DNA of 64,000 nt from the NCBI GenBank assembly GCA_038087875.1, contig JAXLNO010000680.1, forward strand, positions 62,001 through 126,000. Reading direction: 5' to 3'. The notes beneath the pieces were generated by a model that was not told the DNA's origin, ran no database searches, and saw only the letters and a program-made list of their open reading frames with translations. This DNA is from Malacoraja senta. Lineage: Eukaryota. Within the stretch, counting starts at the first letter, position 1, and every line of letters begins with the position of its first letter. The position numbers were made by a program, and so were the translations under genes. Positions 39,037-51,132 of the stretch are shown here, piece by piece.

Positions 39037-39259
39037 ATATGATTGAATGGCGCAGTAGACTCGATGGGCCGAATGGCCTAATTCTACTATAACTTGTGAA
39101 CTTGTGAGATTGCCAAAGTTATGAAATATTCCTTCAATGCCTATTTTGCATCTCCCTCACTCCCAGAGGGGAAAGGAAAGGATTTACCCTGATGAATCGA
39201 ATCACAATCAGAATCAATTTATCGGCCAACTCTGTGCACATACAAGGAATTTGACCTAA

Positions 39260-39785
39260 TACAGACGCAAAAAGTTGGAGTAACTCAGCGGGACAGGCAG
39301 CATCTCGGGAGAGAAGGAATGGGTGACGTTTCGGGTCGAGACCCTTCTTACAGACTGAGAGTCAGGGGTAAGGGAAACGAGAGATATAGACGGTGATGTA
39401 GAGAGATAAAGAACAATGAAGGAAAGATATGCAAAAAAGTAAGGATGATAAAGGAAACAGGCCATTGTTAGCTGTTTGCTGGGTGAGAACGAGAAGCTGG
39501 TGCGACTTGGGTGGAGGAGGGATGGAGGGAGAGGGAATGCCGGGGCTACCGGAAGTTGGAGAAATCAATATTCATACCATTGGGGTGTAAGCTGCCCAAG
39601 CTAAATATGATTTGTGTTTAGCCTCACTCTGACAGTGGAGGAGACCCAGGACAGAAAGGTCAGTGTGGGAATGGGAAGGAGAATTAAAGTGTCCGGCAAC
39701 CGGGAGATCGGGTAGGTCCAGGCGGGCTGAGCGAAGTTGTTCCGCGAAACGATCGCCCAGTCTGCGTTTGGCCTCGCCGATGTTG
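39260..39785 (-). mobile_element. Penelope-like element 3' fragment
   Basis: Encodes IGEAKRRLGDRFAEQLRSARLDLPDLPVAGHFNSPSH..., followed by the same 3' region and pLTR motif as other copies. Confidence 0.85.
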
Positions 39786-40149
39786 AAGACAGGTACATGG
39801 ATAGGACAGGTTTGGAGGGATATAGGCCAAACACAGGCAGGTGGGACTAGTGTAGCCAGGACACGTTGGGCCGAAGGGCCTGATTCCATGCTGTATCACT
39901 CTACGACACTATGACTCTAAAAGTAATATACATTCCTTGGAAATGGGTACTGGTGGCAAGTCTAGACTTTGGCCTGTCTGAAGATCTGAAGAAGGGTCTT
40001 GACCCAAAATGCACCTATTCCTTTTCTCCTGAAACGCAGCCAGACCTGCTGAGTTACTCCAGCATTTTGTGTCTACCTTTCCACACTGACCTTCCTTCTC
40101 CTCCCACCCATTTCTGAGACCTGTTTACTGGTATCTCAACACCTGTCCC

Positions 40150-41173
40150 TGTAAGTTGCTCGTTCTAAGCTTCCCCCAAGTTTTGGGCCCTGTTTTATGG
40201 GCCCCTAACCCAAAGGAGTGCTGACCACAACCCGTGCTTGCCAGACCCTGTTCTAATGATCTCGATTGGACCCTTTCCCAAGCCCGCGAATAATCGATCC
40301 GCCCCGACTAACGAAGTGCCGAAATTCAATGTGGCGTCGATTTCTGCACTCGCGATCGAAACGGCTCAATACCCTCGATCACAAACTTGTGTTTGGGGGT
40401 CCGTTGAGATCCCGGACGAGCCCCTAATGTAAACAGCTCGTTCTAAGCTTCCCCCCAGTCTAGTTTCAATCAAAAATCACTAGGTCAAGCAATTGAACAT
40501 CTAAACTTTATTTTGATAAAACACAATTACAGTTCCCACCAATATACCTATCCACCGCGGGTTCGATCCTCGTATCTGCCTGGCCAAGCCCTCTTGGCCT
40601 CGCTCAAACAGAGACACTCCAGAAGGTCACACAGTCCCAAGCGCTCACCCAGAAGATCGTGGTAGCGGACTTTTATAGGTCCCCGGGCCTCGAGGGGCCA
40701 AACCACATGGGGGTGGTCTTTTTACAATCCAATATTGATTAACCCCATACATGACGGACATCTCTCTAACCCAATAATAGAGTGGCTAATACATTGTATT
40801 CAAACAGTGTTTCTCAGGGGAAACGAACATCGCAACATTTGCCCTGATATGCAAGAAAACCAGACAAAGCTCAATACTTAATCCAATCAACATCTAGCAA
40901 AGTAAAGCTTTGCAACATTATTTACAATGTGTAAATGTCTGGTTTGCATTCATCCAATCCATTCTATGCATTTTGCACCTAATTGTCAGGGTCTGCAGAT
41001 GGTTCACATTTTCTTCCTGCAGCTCTTATCTAGGCTCTAGACAAACTGGCACCTTTCTGCAGCTTGTTCCATATCTACAGAAAGCACTTTTAAATTGACC
41101 AAATGGCCTAGCATCCCAGAAGCCTTTACTGAATTTTAGTGTCCTAGCCTCTCCAATTTGGCCAGGATTAACA
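40150..41173 (-). mobile_element. Internally deleted LTR retroelement/ERV: ~746-bp LTR, tRNA-Pro PBS, leader, and terminal remnant of a second LTR
   Basis: On the minus strand the LTR runs 41173 to 40428 (TGTTAA...TTACA), with TATAAAA near 40671-40677 and AATAAA near 40507-40512. The PBS TAGGGGCTCGTCCGGGAT (40409-40426) matches the tRNA-Pro PBS TGGGGGCTCGTCCGGGAT at 17/18. The LTR end is repeated at 40150-40180. Flanks tccc/tcac are a possible 4-bp TSD with one mismatch. Confidence 0.8.
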
Positions 41174-41579
41174 TCACCATGCACGTAATAAGCACTTAGA
41201 TACACCTTAGATCAGCATCTCAGCTACAGTACAAGTGTATCGCAGTAGTACACTGAGACAGGGTACAGAGTCACCAGTTTGGGGCCATTTTCAAGTCCCA
41301 GTTGTTGTAAGTGCAGGGATCGTGACCTGACCATGAAGGCCCGTTCCCATGGCAGCGTTGCATGGTCATCCTGGCCAAGCGTAGCCGTGGTGACCTCCGT
41401 CACTGCTCCACCGCTGTAGGCTGCGTGCGGTCCACGTGCTTGGCCTCTTGGAGCGGCGACTGGTGTAGTCGAGCCCCAGGCTGCTGCAGGGCCTCCAGTG
41501 GGCCCCCGCCCCCCCCCGTCGAGGCCGTCCACCCCCTCCTTCGGTCTTTCTCAACCCACTTGACATCTACAGCCTTTGA

Positions 41580-41905
41580 CAAGGTTGTTCTACCAATGCC
41601 AGTGCCATCTTCTTCACTGCCGTGTGCTGGGGCCAGCAGGGCGAAGGCCGCAGACACAAACAGTATCAACAAGCTCATCAGGAAGGTTGGCTCCGTCCTG
41701 GGGGCGGAGTTGGATTCATGGGAGGTTGGTCTTGGAGGGGAGGATGCTCCTCAAACTGCAGAGCATCCTGGACAATTAACAGCTCACCCCCTCCATCACA
41801 CACTGGTCAACCTGAGGAGCACCTTCAGCAACAGACTGGTTCCACCAAGATGCAGCAGAGAACGCCACAGGAGATCCTTCTTCCCTGTGGCTATCAAACT
41901 GTACA
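41580..41905 (+). mobile_element. Rex1/Babar-like LINE fragment
   Basis: Encodes NKLIRKVGSVLG...AHPLH...FSNRLVPPRCSRERHRRSFFPVAIKLY. Confidence 0.7.
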
Positions 41906-43286
41906 AAGTCAAAGCCAAAGTCAAATTTATTCACCACACGCACCAACGAAGGTGCAGTGATGTGAATTTGCCAGCAGCGACACACTTGAAAAAAGAACAC
42001 ACAATACACAATAGAATTGAACACAAGCATTCCTCACTCTGGTGGAAGGCAACAAAGTTCAGACAATCCTCCTCCTTTGTTCATCCGTGGTCAGGGCCTT
42101 GAACCCTCCGTAGTCGCCGCTACAGACGGCCGGATGTACAGGCCCTCCCGTTCCCCTTCTGTCGTGGGGTAGGCTGACTCCCCTCCCCCCCCCAATCTAT
42201 GCACATTCCCAATCCTGGACTTTCCGCTTTAATTTCATGTATCTTGTGATTTATGACTGTTGGCAGATCAATTTCTCTCCTGGGAGAAGTAAAGTTAGAT
42301 CTTATCGTATCGTAGCGTAACATTCTCCAACGATGCTCAGCGGCGCAGCGGTAGAGTTGACAGAGACCCGGGTTCGATCCCGACTGAGTCCGCGTCGGCC
42401 AGCGATCCCCGCACACTAACACTATCCTACACACACTCGGGACAATTTTTTCCGCATGCACCAAGCCAATTAACCTGCAAACCTGTACGCCTTTGGGGTG
42501 TGGGAGGAAACCGAAGATCTCAGAGACAACCCACGCAGGTCACTGGGAGAACGGACAAACTCCGTACAGACAGCACCCGTAGATGGGATGGAACCCAGTC
42601 TCCAACTCTACCGCTGCGCCACACAGTCATACTCTATCAATCCCATCCAATTTTATCTAGAAAAAGTTTGATTGGAAAAGTATCGCAAAAGTTAACTCTT
42701 TAACTAACCAGGCCTGGGAATGGTTAACAGGATGGTTTTGGAGAAGATTTATCACCTATGCTGTTCCCAATCTGTAATAATAAGTGTTCATAAGTTCATG
42801 TGATATTAGAATTAGGCCATTCGGCCCATCTAGCCTACTCCCCCATTCAATCATGGCTGATCTATCCCTCCCATTCCACTGCCTTCTCCCCATAACCACT
42901 GACACCCATACTAATCAAGAATCTATCCATCTCTGCCTTACTTTCGAGAGAGTTCTCTGGATACTTTCAAGAGAGAGTTAGATAGGGCTCTTGAAGATAG
43001 CGGAGTCGGGGGATATGGGGAGAAGGCAGGAACGGGGCACTGATTGTGGATGATCAGCCACGATCACATTGAATGGCGGTGCTGGCATGAAGGGCTGAAT
43101 GGCCTACTCCTGCACCTATTGTCTATTGTCTCTTAAATATAATCCGATTGAACAGTGTAGTAGGAACTTTTCTCAGGACTCAGACACAAAATGCTGGAGT
43201 AACTCAGCGGGACAGGCAGCATCTCTGGAGAGAAGGAATGGGTGACGTTCCATATCATTGTGTCTCCCCCTCCCCTGACTCTCAGT

Positions 43287-43314
43287 CTGAAGAAGGGTCT
43301 CGACCCGAAACGTC
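43287..43314 (+). ncRNA. Minimal hammerhead-ribozyme-like motif
   Basis: Identical 28-mer. Confidence 0.68.
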
Positions 43315-43544
43315 ACCCGTTGCTTCTCTCCAGAGATGCTGCCCGACCAGCTGAGTTACGCAACATCTTGTTTCGATCTTCGCTGTGAACCACCCTCTGC
43401 AGTACCTTTGTCAGGACATACCTGATGTGGGAGTGATTCATAAGGCGGACCAGACAATGTTAGCCTTTACAAGACAGACTGGCTATTCAGACCAGTAAGT
43501 CCATGCCATTCCACATTGCCACTGCCATCTGTCATGTTCTCTAT

Positions 43545-43950
43545 CGCTGGCTCTGGAGAGGGTCCAGAGGAGGCTTTACAAGAATGAGTGTGTTAACATA
43601 TGATGAGCGTTTGTCGGCACTGGGCCTGAACTCGTTGGAGTTTAGAAGAACGAGGGGGGGGGGACCTCATTGAAACTTACCGAATAGTGAAAGGCCTGGA
43701 TAGAGTGGATGTGGAGAGGATGTTTCCACTGGTGGGAGAGTCTGGGACTAGAGGCCACAGCCTCAGAATTAAAGGATGTTCTTTTACGAAGGAGATGAGG
43801 AGGAATTTCTTTCTTAAGAGGGTGGTGAATCTGTGGGATTCTTTGCCACAGAAGGCTGTGGAGGCCAAGTCAATGGATATTTTTAAGGCAGAGATAGTTT
43901 TGTGATTAGTACAGGTGTACAGGTGTCAGAGGTTATGGGGATGGGGTTAG
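43545..43950 (+). mobile_element. CR1-clade LINE 3' fragment (another subfamily)
   Basis: ORF 43687-43905. Confidence 0.82.
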
Positions 43951-44334
43951 GTGGGTTTAATGTGTACCACATCTGATCTGGGAACTTTAAATAGAGAATG
44001 CGGGGGAAGCTTTCTTTATGTATTCATCTCATGTAGCACGGACTTGCGATACTTTGTTGAAACACCAGCAATGAGGCTGAGCTGTGAATCCAAACCATCC
44101 CATACTTGAACTGGCCGATTTTCATGTGAATGTGAAGAGAGATCTTTATATAATAAGCCACTGTGGCGGCTCCCAAGGGTCGTGCCATCATAGTGTCGAA
44201 CCCCTCGGCACAGGAGTGGTTCAGTCCGGAGGCGGCCCATAGCCGGAGGCTTTAAAGGCAGGGGTTTGGGTGCCATCTTCCTCTCGTTTGGTCTTCCCTA
44301 CAACTGGGAGGAACATAATAAAAAGTGCCTCTCA

Positions 44335-44460
44335 AAACACGACTTCGTGCTTCATTCTGAGACCCACGCACTACATTGGTGACCCCGACGTGATAATGTA
44401 GTGCGTGGGTCTCAGAATGAAGCACGAAGTCGTGTTTCATTCTGAGACCCACGCACTACA
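44335..44460. repeat. Perfect 43-bp inverted repeat plus a third direct copy
   Basis: Arms at 44335-44377 and 44395-44437 with a 17-nt spacer. 44436-44460 repeats 44351-44375. Confidence 0.95.
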
Positions 44461-46014
44461 CCACCCTCTTTCTGTCCGGTGATATGCGATAGAACACCAG
44501 GGCGGCACGGTGGCGCAGCGGGTAGAGCTGCTGCCCCACAGCGCCAGAGACCCGGGTTCTATCCTGACTACGGGTGCTGGCTGAGTGGGTTTTCTCTGGG
44601 AGCTCATGTTTCCGCCCACACTCCAAAGACATGCAGGTTTGTAGATGAATTGGCTTGGTATAAATTGCAAATTGTCCCTAGTGTGTGCAGGATAGTGTTG
44701 ATGTGCGGGGTGATCATTGGTCAGCAAGGACTCAGTGGTCCGAAGCGCTTGCGTCCACGTTGTATCTCTAAACTAAAGTCTGTAAAGCACACTAAACTAA
44801 AAAGCAAATATCAAGAGAGTCAAGAGTGTTTTATTGTCATATGTCCCAATGAATCAATCTCCGCAGGTTAATTGGCTTGGTGTATATGTAAGTTGTGTGT
44901 GTAGGATAGCGTTAGTGTGTGGGGATCGCTGGACACGTTGGGCCTGAGGGCCTGTTTCCGCACTGTATCTCTAAACTAAACCAATATTATGGAGAGAGAA
45001 TTATACCGTGTATCTAACCCATGCCATACATGCCTGAGTGCAAGATGGGACAGTACAGAGGAAAGTATACTTTGTGAGAGAGACACAAAATGCTGGAGTA
45101 ACTCAGCGGCACAGGCAGTATCTCTGGAGAGAAGGAATGGGTGACATTTTGGGTCGTCACCCTTCTTCAGACTGAAAGAACTATACTTTGTACCTTTCCA
45201 TTTTGATACCTGACCAAGAGTCCAGAAGGTGTGTAGCCAATGTTACTCTTTATTCTACTACCTTTACTTAATTTATTTCACAACTGATATGTACTGCACG
45301 GCCCCTGGGAATGTTTCATGGGCCTCGCAGATGAAGCTTTGTTCTATCTCTAATATTATTGCACTTACATGGGCAGCACGGTGGCTGTGGCTGCCTCACA
45401 GCGCCGGAGACCCGGGTTGGATCCTGACTGCAGGGGTGCTGTCTGTGTGGAGTTTGCACCTTCACCCCGTGACCTGCGTGGGTTTTCTCCGGGCGCTCCG
45501 GTTTCCTCCCACACTCACAGGTTGGTAGGTTAGTTGGCTTGGTATAAATGTATGGTAAATTGTCCCTGGTAGACAAAAATGCTGGAGAAACTCAGCGGGC
45601 GAGGCAGCATCTATGAAGCCAAGGAAATAGGCAACGATTCGGGTCGAGACCCTTCTTCAGACTGATGTCAGGGGGGGAGAAGAAAGGAAGAGGTGGAGCC
45701 TGTGGGCTGAGGGAGAGCTGAGAAGGGGAGGAGAAAGCAGGGACTACCTGAAATTAGAGAAGTCAATGTTCATACCGCTGGGGTGTAAACTGCCCTAGTC
45801 CCCAGTGTGTGTAGGATAGTGTCAGTGTGCGGGGATCGCTGGTCGGTGCGGACTCGGTGGGCCGAAGGGCCTGTTTTCATGCTGTATCTCTAAACTAAAC
45901 TAATCTATACTAATATCTGGGACACTTGGACACAACAGTATGGAATCTCCTGCCCTTTCGGCTTTGAGAGTGTACAGAAAGGCCCACTTTGAAACAAACA
46001 CAATCCATGCCTGA

Positions 46015-46308
46015 CTTTAGTTTAGTTTAGAGATACAGCGAGGAAACAGTCCCTTCGGCCCAGCGGGTCCGCGCCGACCAGCGATCCCACGCACACTAAC
46101 ACAATCCCACACACACTAGGGACGATTTACAGTTACACCGAGCCAATTAACCCACAAACCTACACGTTTTTGGAGTGTGGGAGGAAACCGCAGATCCTGG
46201 GAGAAAAGCCCACGCAGGTCACGGGGAGAACGTGCAAACGCCGTTCAGACAGCGCCCGTAGTCAGGATCGAACCCGGGTCTCTGGCGCTGTGAGGCAGCA
46301 ACTCTACC
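46015..46308 (-). mobile_element. HE1-like V-SINE
   Basis: Same structure. Further copies lie at about 5345-5660(-), 44501-44780(+), 45375-45900(+), 58352-58707(+) and 59168-59472(-). Confidence 0.82.
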
Positions 46309-46692
46309 AAAACTGTTGAAGGGAATAGATGGATCAAACTAACACTCTTTATTCAACTCTGTGTTGTATATGTACTGGGAATGTCCGTGGGTCAGGCAGA
46401 CAGAAAGGTATTCTGTGTCTTAACATGTTGTATCTGTTCTGAAAGTATTTGATGGAACATTTTGAAGTACATGTTTGCTCTCTCTCCCCATGTTGCTTCT
46501 TCTCTTTATCTTGTCTTCAGTCTTCTACATGTAATGTTATTCCCTTTCAGCCTCTTTACTGTGCACGGCTCGATTGTAATCATGTATTGTCTTTCTGCTG
46601 GCTGGTTAGCACGCAACAAAAAGCCTTTCACTGCACCTCGGTATACATGACAATAAACTACACTGAACTGAAGGGACTGTGTAGAAGAAAGT

Positions 46693-46720
46693 CTGAAGAA
46701 GGGTCTCGACCCGAAACGTC
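46693..46720 (+). ncRNA. Minimal hammerhead-ribozyme-like motif
   Basis: Identical 28-mer. Confidence 0.68.
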
Positions 46721-46974
46721 ACCCATTCCTTTTCTCCAGAGATGCTGCCTGTCCCGCTGAGTTACTCCAGCATTTTGTGTCTATCTCCGGTTTAAACCAG
46801 CGTCTGCAGTTCCTTCCTACACACATCTGCGTTTAATCCACTTTTAGTTCAGTTTAGGTTAGTTTAGAGATACGGAGCGGAAACAGGCCCTTCAGCCCAC
46901 CGGGTCCATGCCGACCAGCGATCGCCATGCATTAGCACTATCCTACACACACGAGGGAGATTTTTGCGTTTGAA

Positions 46975-47425
46975 TATGAATGAATGAATATGAATGAATG
47001 AATGAATATATGAATGAATATAACTTTAATTGTCAATCAGGTATACACATAGACACAGTGCACATTGAACGAAATTTCGTTGCATTAACTCTTCAAAGTA
47101 ACAGCAGGATACACCATTTCTATCAGGCGATCAGTAAAAGTGCATTAGTGTGTCCATAAAAAGTGCTTCATGTGCATAGTTAAAAAAAGGAAAGTTTATA
47201 AAATTGGCAGTGTATAAGAAAGTTTTTTGCATTGGTTTGAGTGTGAGTTCAATAGTCTTATGGCCTGGGGGATGAAGCTGTTGCAGAACCTGGTTGTCTG
47301 GCCCTTCATGCTGCGGTACCTCCTCCCGGAGTTTAGCAGTGTAAACAGTCCATATTGTGGGTGTGTGGGGGCTCTGGTAATGCCCTTAGCTCTTGACAGA
47401 CAGCGTTTGTAACCGATGTCCATGA
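46975..47425 (-). mobile_element. Rex1/Babar-like LINE 3' fragment with (TTCA)n tail
   Basis: Encodes RCLSRAKGITRAPTHPQYGLFTLLNSGRRYRSMKGQTTRFCNSFIPQAIRLLN. Confidence 0.75.
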
Positions 47426-47429
47426 TGGA

Positions 47430-48014
47430 AGGTTACACCTGGATTGGCGCGGAGACCGGCCAGAGCTTCAGCTTCAGTGGCGGCACAGCAATGAATTCCC
47501 TCGCGGAGCGGGTCGCCGTGCTGGAAGCTCCGGTGTGCTGGGCCTGCCGACATCAACACCGTGGAGCTGTGGTCTGCGGAGCGTCCAGCCGCGGGCGGCG
47601 CTGTCTTTAACATCGCGGAGCCCGGGATCTTTCGCCGAGGATCGCCAGTGTTGGAGCTCCGCCTGTAGACTTCGGGAGTCGCGGTCTCCGGTAGGAAGCG
47701 GCCGATTCGGAACTCCAAGCCACTGAGAGTGTTCCTCCGACGCCGGAGTTTCATCATCCCGGCGAGAGGGCCTGAAACATTGGGCCGCTGTAGCAGCGAC
47801 TGTGGAGGCCTCAATAGGCCCCGACCACGGGTGAACATCGTGGAAGTGGACTGAACTTTGCTGCCTTCCCTCAAAGTGGGAAACGTTGATTCCGCTGTGG
47901 GGGGATGTTTTATGTTAAATTCTATAGTGTTGTGTTTAACTTATCTGTGTGCTGCATGGTAACTCAAATTTCACTGCACCAATTGGTGTCTGTGGCAATA
48001 AATGTCCTATGTCC
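47430..48014 (+). mobile_element. GC-rich non-coding retroelement fragment
   Basis: CpG-rich body, the shared hairpin near 47865-47905, and a tail caataaatgtcctatgtcc. Confidence 0.55.
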
Positions 48015-49247
48015 AAACTCCGTACAGACTGCACCCGTAGTCGGGTTCGAACCCGGATCTCCGGCGCAGTGAGGCAGCAACTCTACCGCTGCGCCTCTCT
48101 CCTGTTTCTTCTCTGGGAGTGTGTGACGAGATAATGTGACAAAGGTTTCATTCAGTGTCTTGTACATGCTGGGTGTACGATGGAGTGATAGGACAGGACA
48201 GACTGTTTACCCCACGCGCTGTCTTACCTCAGGTAGACACAAAACGCTGGAGTAACTCAGCAGGACGGGCGGCATCTCTGGAGAGAAGGAATGGGCGACC
48301 TTTCGGGTCGAGACCCTTCTTCAGACTAATGTCAGGGGAGGGGGCGGGACAGAGATAGAATGTAGTAAGACTGGTCGGAGAACTAGGGTGGGGGGGAGGG
48401 GATGGAGAGAGAGGGAAAGCAAGGGCCACTTGAAGTTAGAGAAGTCAATGTTCATACAGCTGGGGTGCAAGGGGAGGAGACACAGAGATAAGGAAAGAGA
48501 TCTCACCTTAGCCTCACCTTCCCCTGCCTCTCAGTCTGAAGCGTGGCACATTCCTTCTCTCCAGAGACGCTGTCTGTCCCGCTGAGTTACTCCAGCATTT
48601 TGTGTCTATCTTCGGTGTAAACCAGCATTGTCTTCCCTTGTTTAATTCGCATCGTAAGGGTATTATCCCCTTCATGAGTCGTTTCACAGAACAGTACAGG
48701 GGAAATTATCCACCGTATGCACTGCCTACCTGCAATTATTTAACAGGCCAGTTGAAGAGGACATTTTATTCTGTCGCTAACCCATACTGTATCCCAACTG
48801 GGAATGCTTAGTGGTCATTGGAAGGTAAATATATTCAGCATCCAACTCATTCTGAACCAGCTTCATAGGAACGTGTAGAGGCAGCATTCTGCTGTGTCAG
48901 TTCACACTATAGGGAGGATGGGTGACGTTTTGGGTCGAGACCCTTCTTCGGTCTGAAGGAGGGTCTCCACCCGAAATGTCACCCATTACTTCTCTCCGGA
49001 GATGCCGCCTGTCCCCGCTGAGTTACTCCAGCATTTAGTTTCTTATCCTCGGTGTAAACCGGCATCTGCAGTTCCTTCCTATAAATATACATATCTTTAT
49101 CTTTAATCTCTAATCATTTATTTGTCATTCGAACATATAAGTGTAGATTTGAACAAAATGTCGTTCGTCGTGGGGCTGAGCTGCAAGGTGCATAGTGGTT
49201 GATATCGATGCAAGATGCCAGTGCAGTGTGTGCGTGTGTGTGTTTTA

Positions 49248-49553
49248 AGGGCCTGTCCCATTTACGCGACTTTTTCGGCGCCTGCCGGCACCCGTCCTAG
49301 GTCGTTGCAGGTCGCCGAAAATGTTCAACATGTCGAAAACCCAGCGGCAACCAGAAAGACTCTTTGGGCGACTGAGGAGACGACTCACGACACCCTGGCG
49401 AAGCCTGTATGGTCGCGAGCAGTCGCCCAAGGAGTCGTACCTTGTTCTGGTCACCGCTCCATTTTCAACATGTTGAGCATTTTGGGGGACCTGCAACGAC
49501 CTATGACGGCTGCCGGCAGTCGCCGAAAAAGTCCTGTCAGTGGGACAGGTCCT
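49248..49553. mobile_element. Tourist/Harbinger-like MITE (306 bp)
   Basis: TTA|agggcctgtccca...tgggacaggtcct|TTA, with long imperfect inverted arms of about 90 bp. Confidence 0.82.
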
Positions 49554-49807
49554 TTAAGTGACGTGTGTGTGTGTGTGTGGGACGGGGAGCAGCAGTGTGT
49601 TCATCATTCTAGCAGCTGGAGGGGGGGGAAGAGGCTGTTATACATCACAGAGGTGCTGGGCTCAATGCAGAGGGGCAAAGAGTCCATGGGAGGGGGGTTG
49701 GGAGGAGTCCATGGGGGGGGGAGGAGTCATGGGAGGGGGTGGTGGTGGGAGGAGTCCTTTTCTAATGTTGGAGGCATTTCGGATTTTGTTGAAGATGTCC
49801 GGATTGG

Positions 49808-50340
49808 ATACATAGATACATAGAAAATAGGTGCAGGAGTAGGCCATTTGGCCCTTCGAGCCTGCACCGCCATTCAATATGATCATGGCTGATCATCCAA
49901 CTCAGTATCCCGTACCTGCCTTCTCTCCATACCCCCTGATCCCTTTAGCCACAAGGGCCACATCTAACTCCCTCTTAAATATAGCCAATGAACTGGCCTC
50001 AACTACCCTCTGTGGCAGAGAGTTCCAGAGATTCACCACTCTCTGTGTGAAAAGGTTTTTCCTCATCTCGGTCTTAAAGGATTTCCCCCTGATCCTTAAG
50101 CTGTGACCCCTTGTCCTGGACTTCCCCAACATCGGGAACAATCTTCCTGCATCTAGCCTGTCCAACCCCATAAGAATTTTGTAAGTTTCTATAAGATCCC
50201 CTCTCAATCTCCTAAATTCTAGCGAGTATAAGCCAAGTCTATCCAGTCTTTCTTCATGTGAAAGTCCTGACATCCCAGGAATCAGTCTGGTGAACCTTCT
50301 CTGCACTCCCTCTATGGCTATAATGTCCTTCCTCAGATTT
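49808..50340 (-). mobile_element. CR1-clade LINE, young subfamily
   Basis: ORF 49902-50306(-) is near-identical to the 20275 and 28955 copies. Confidence 0.92.
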
Positions 50341-51132
50341 GTTGGATGGATGAATGTTCTCCGCTGTGCTGACTAATCGCTGCAGGGGGTCTTCCTGCCC
50401 GATGCGGTGCAGTTGCCGAACCGGACGGTGATGCAGCCGGCCGTGACGCTCTCTGCGCTACCTCTGGAGAACATGGAGGGATGGGCGGGGGGAAGCCAGG
50501 CTCGTTTCAGCCTCCGCCGAGCCCTCCCGGCCAGGTGTGTCGTGTTGGGAGACCAGGAGCGGTCATCAAAGAGTTGCTCACCCTCTCCACTATGGAGCCA
50601 TTGCTGTGCAGGGGCGGGGGGGGGGGGGGGAAGTGGGCAGCCTGCGTTCTACCCCGACGTCTACAATCATCTCTCTGGTCTTGGTGACGTTCAGAGACAG
50701 ATTGTTGTCTTCGCACCAGTTCGCGAGCTACACCTCTGTGTGGGCAGTCTCATTGGTGTCTCTGGTGAGGCCCGCCACTGTAGTTTCATCCATGAATCTG
50801 ATGATTTGGCTGGTGTCGTGTTTGGCGGCACAGTCGTGGGGAAAATCATAGAGCGGAGCAAGGTGGTCCACTCCTGCAAAACCCAACGGACCGACGTGTA
50901 GTACCCAACAGAGCGGAACCTCCGCCATTTTGGGAAACCCGACCCGACTTCCATTATGCCTCTCGCAGTGTAATCAGCGTTGCGGGGGAACAGTGTGTGT
51001 GTGTGTGTGATATATCGCACACAGTGGACTCATTCCTTCAAGAGAGAGTTGGATAGGGCTCTTAAAGATAGCGGAGTCAGGGGATATGGGGAGAAGGCAG
51101 GAACGGGGTACTGATTGGGGATGATCAGCCAT

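Noticed and set aside
40409..40426. tRNA-Pro gene
   Set aside because: Only the 3' 18 nt match and they abut an LTR end, so this is a primer-binding site.
41362..42102. 246-aa ORF, the longest in the window
   Set aside because: It is a chance fusion across repeat fragments, and only the middle is Rex1-like.
44016..44276. 86-aa ORF next to the palindrome
   Set aside because: No recognisable homology or clear splice signals.
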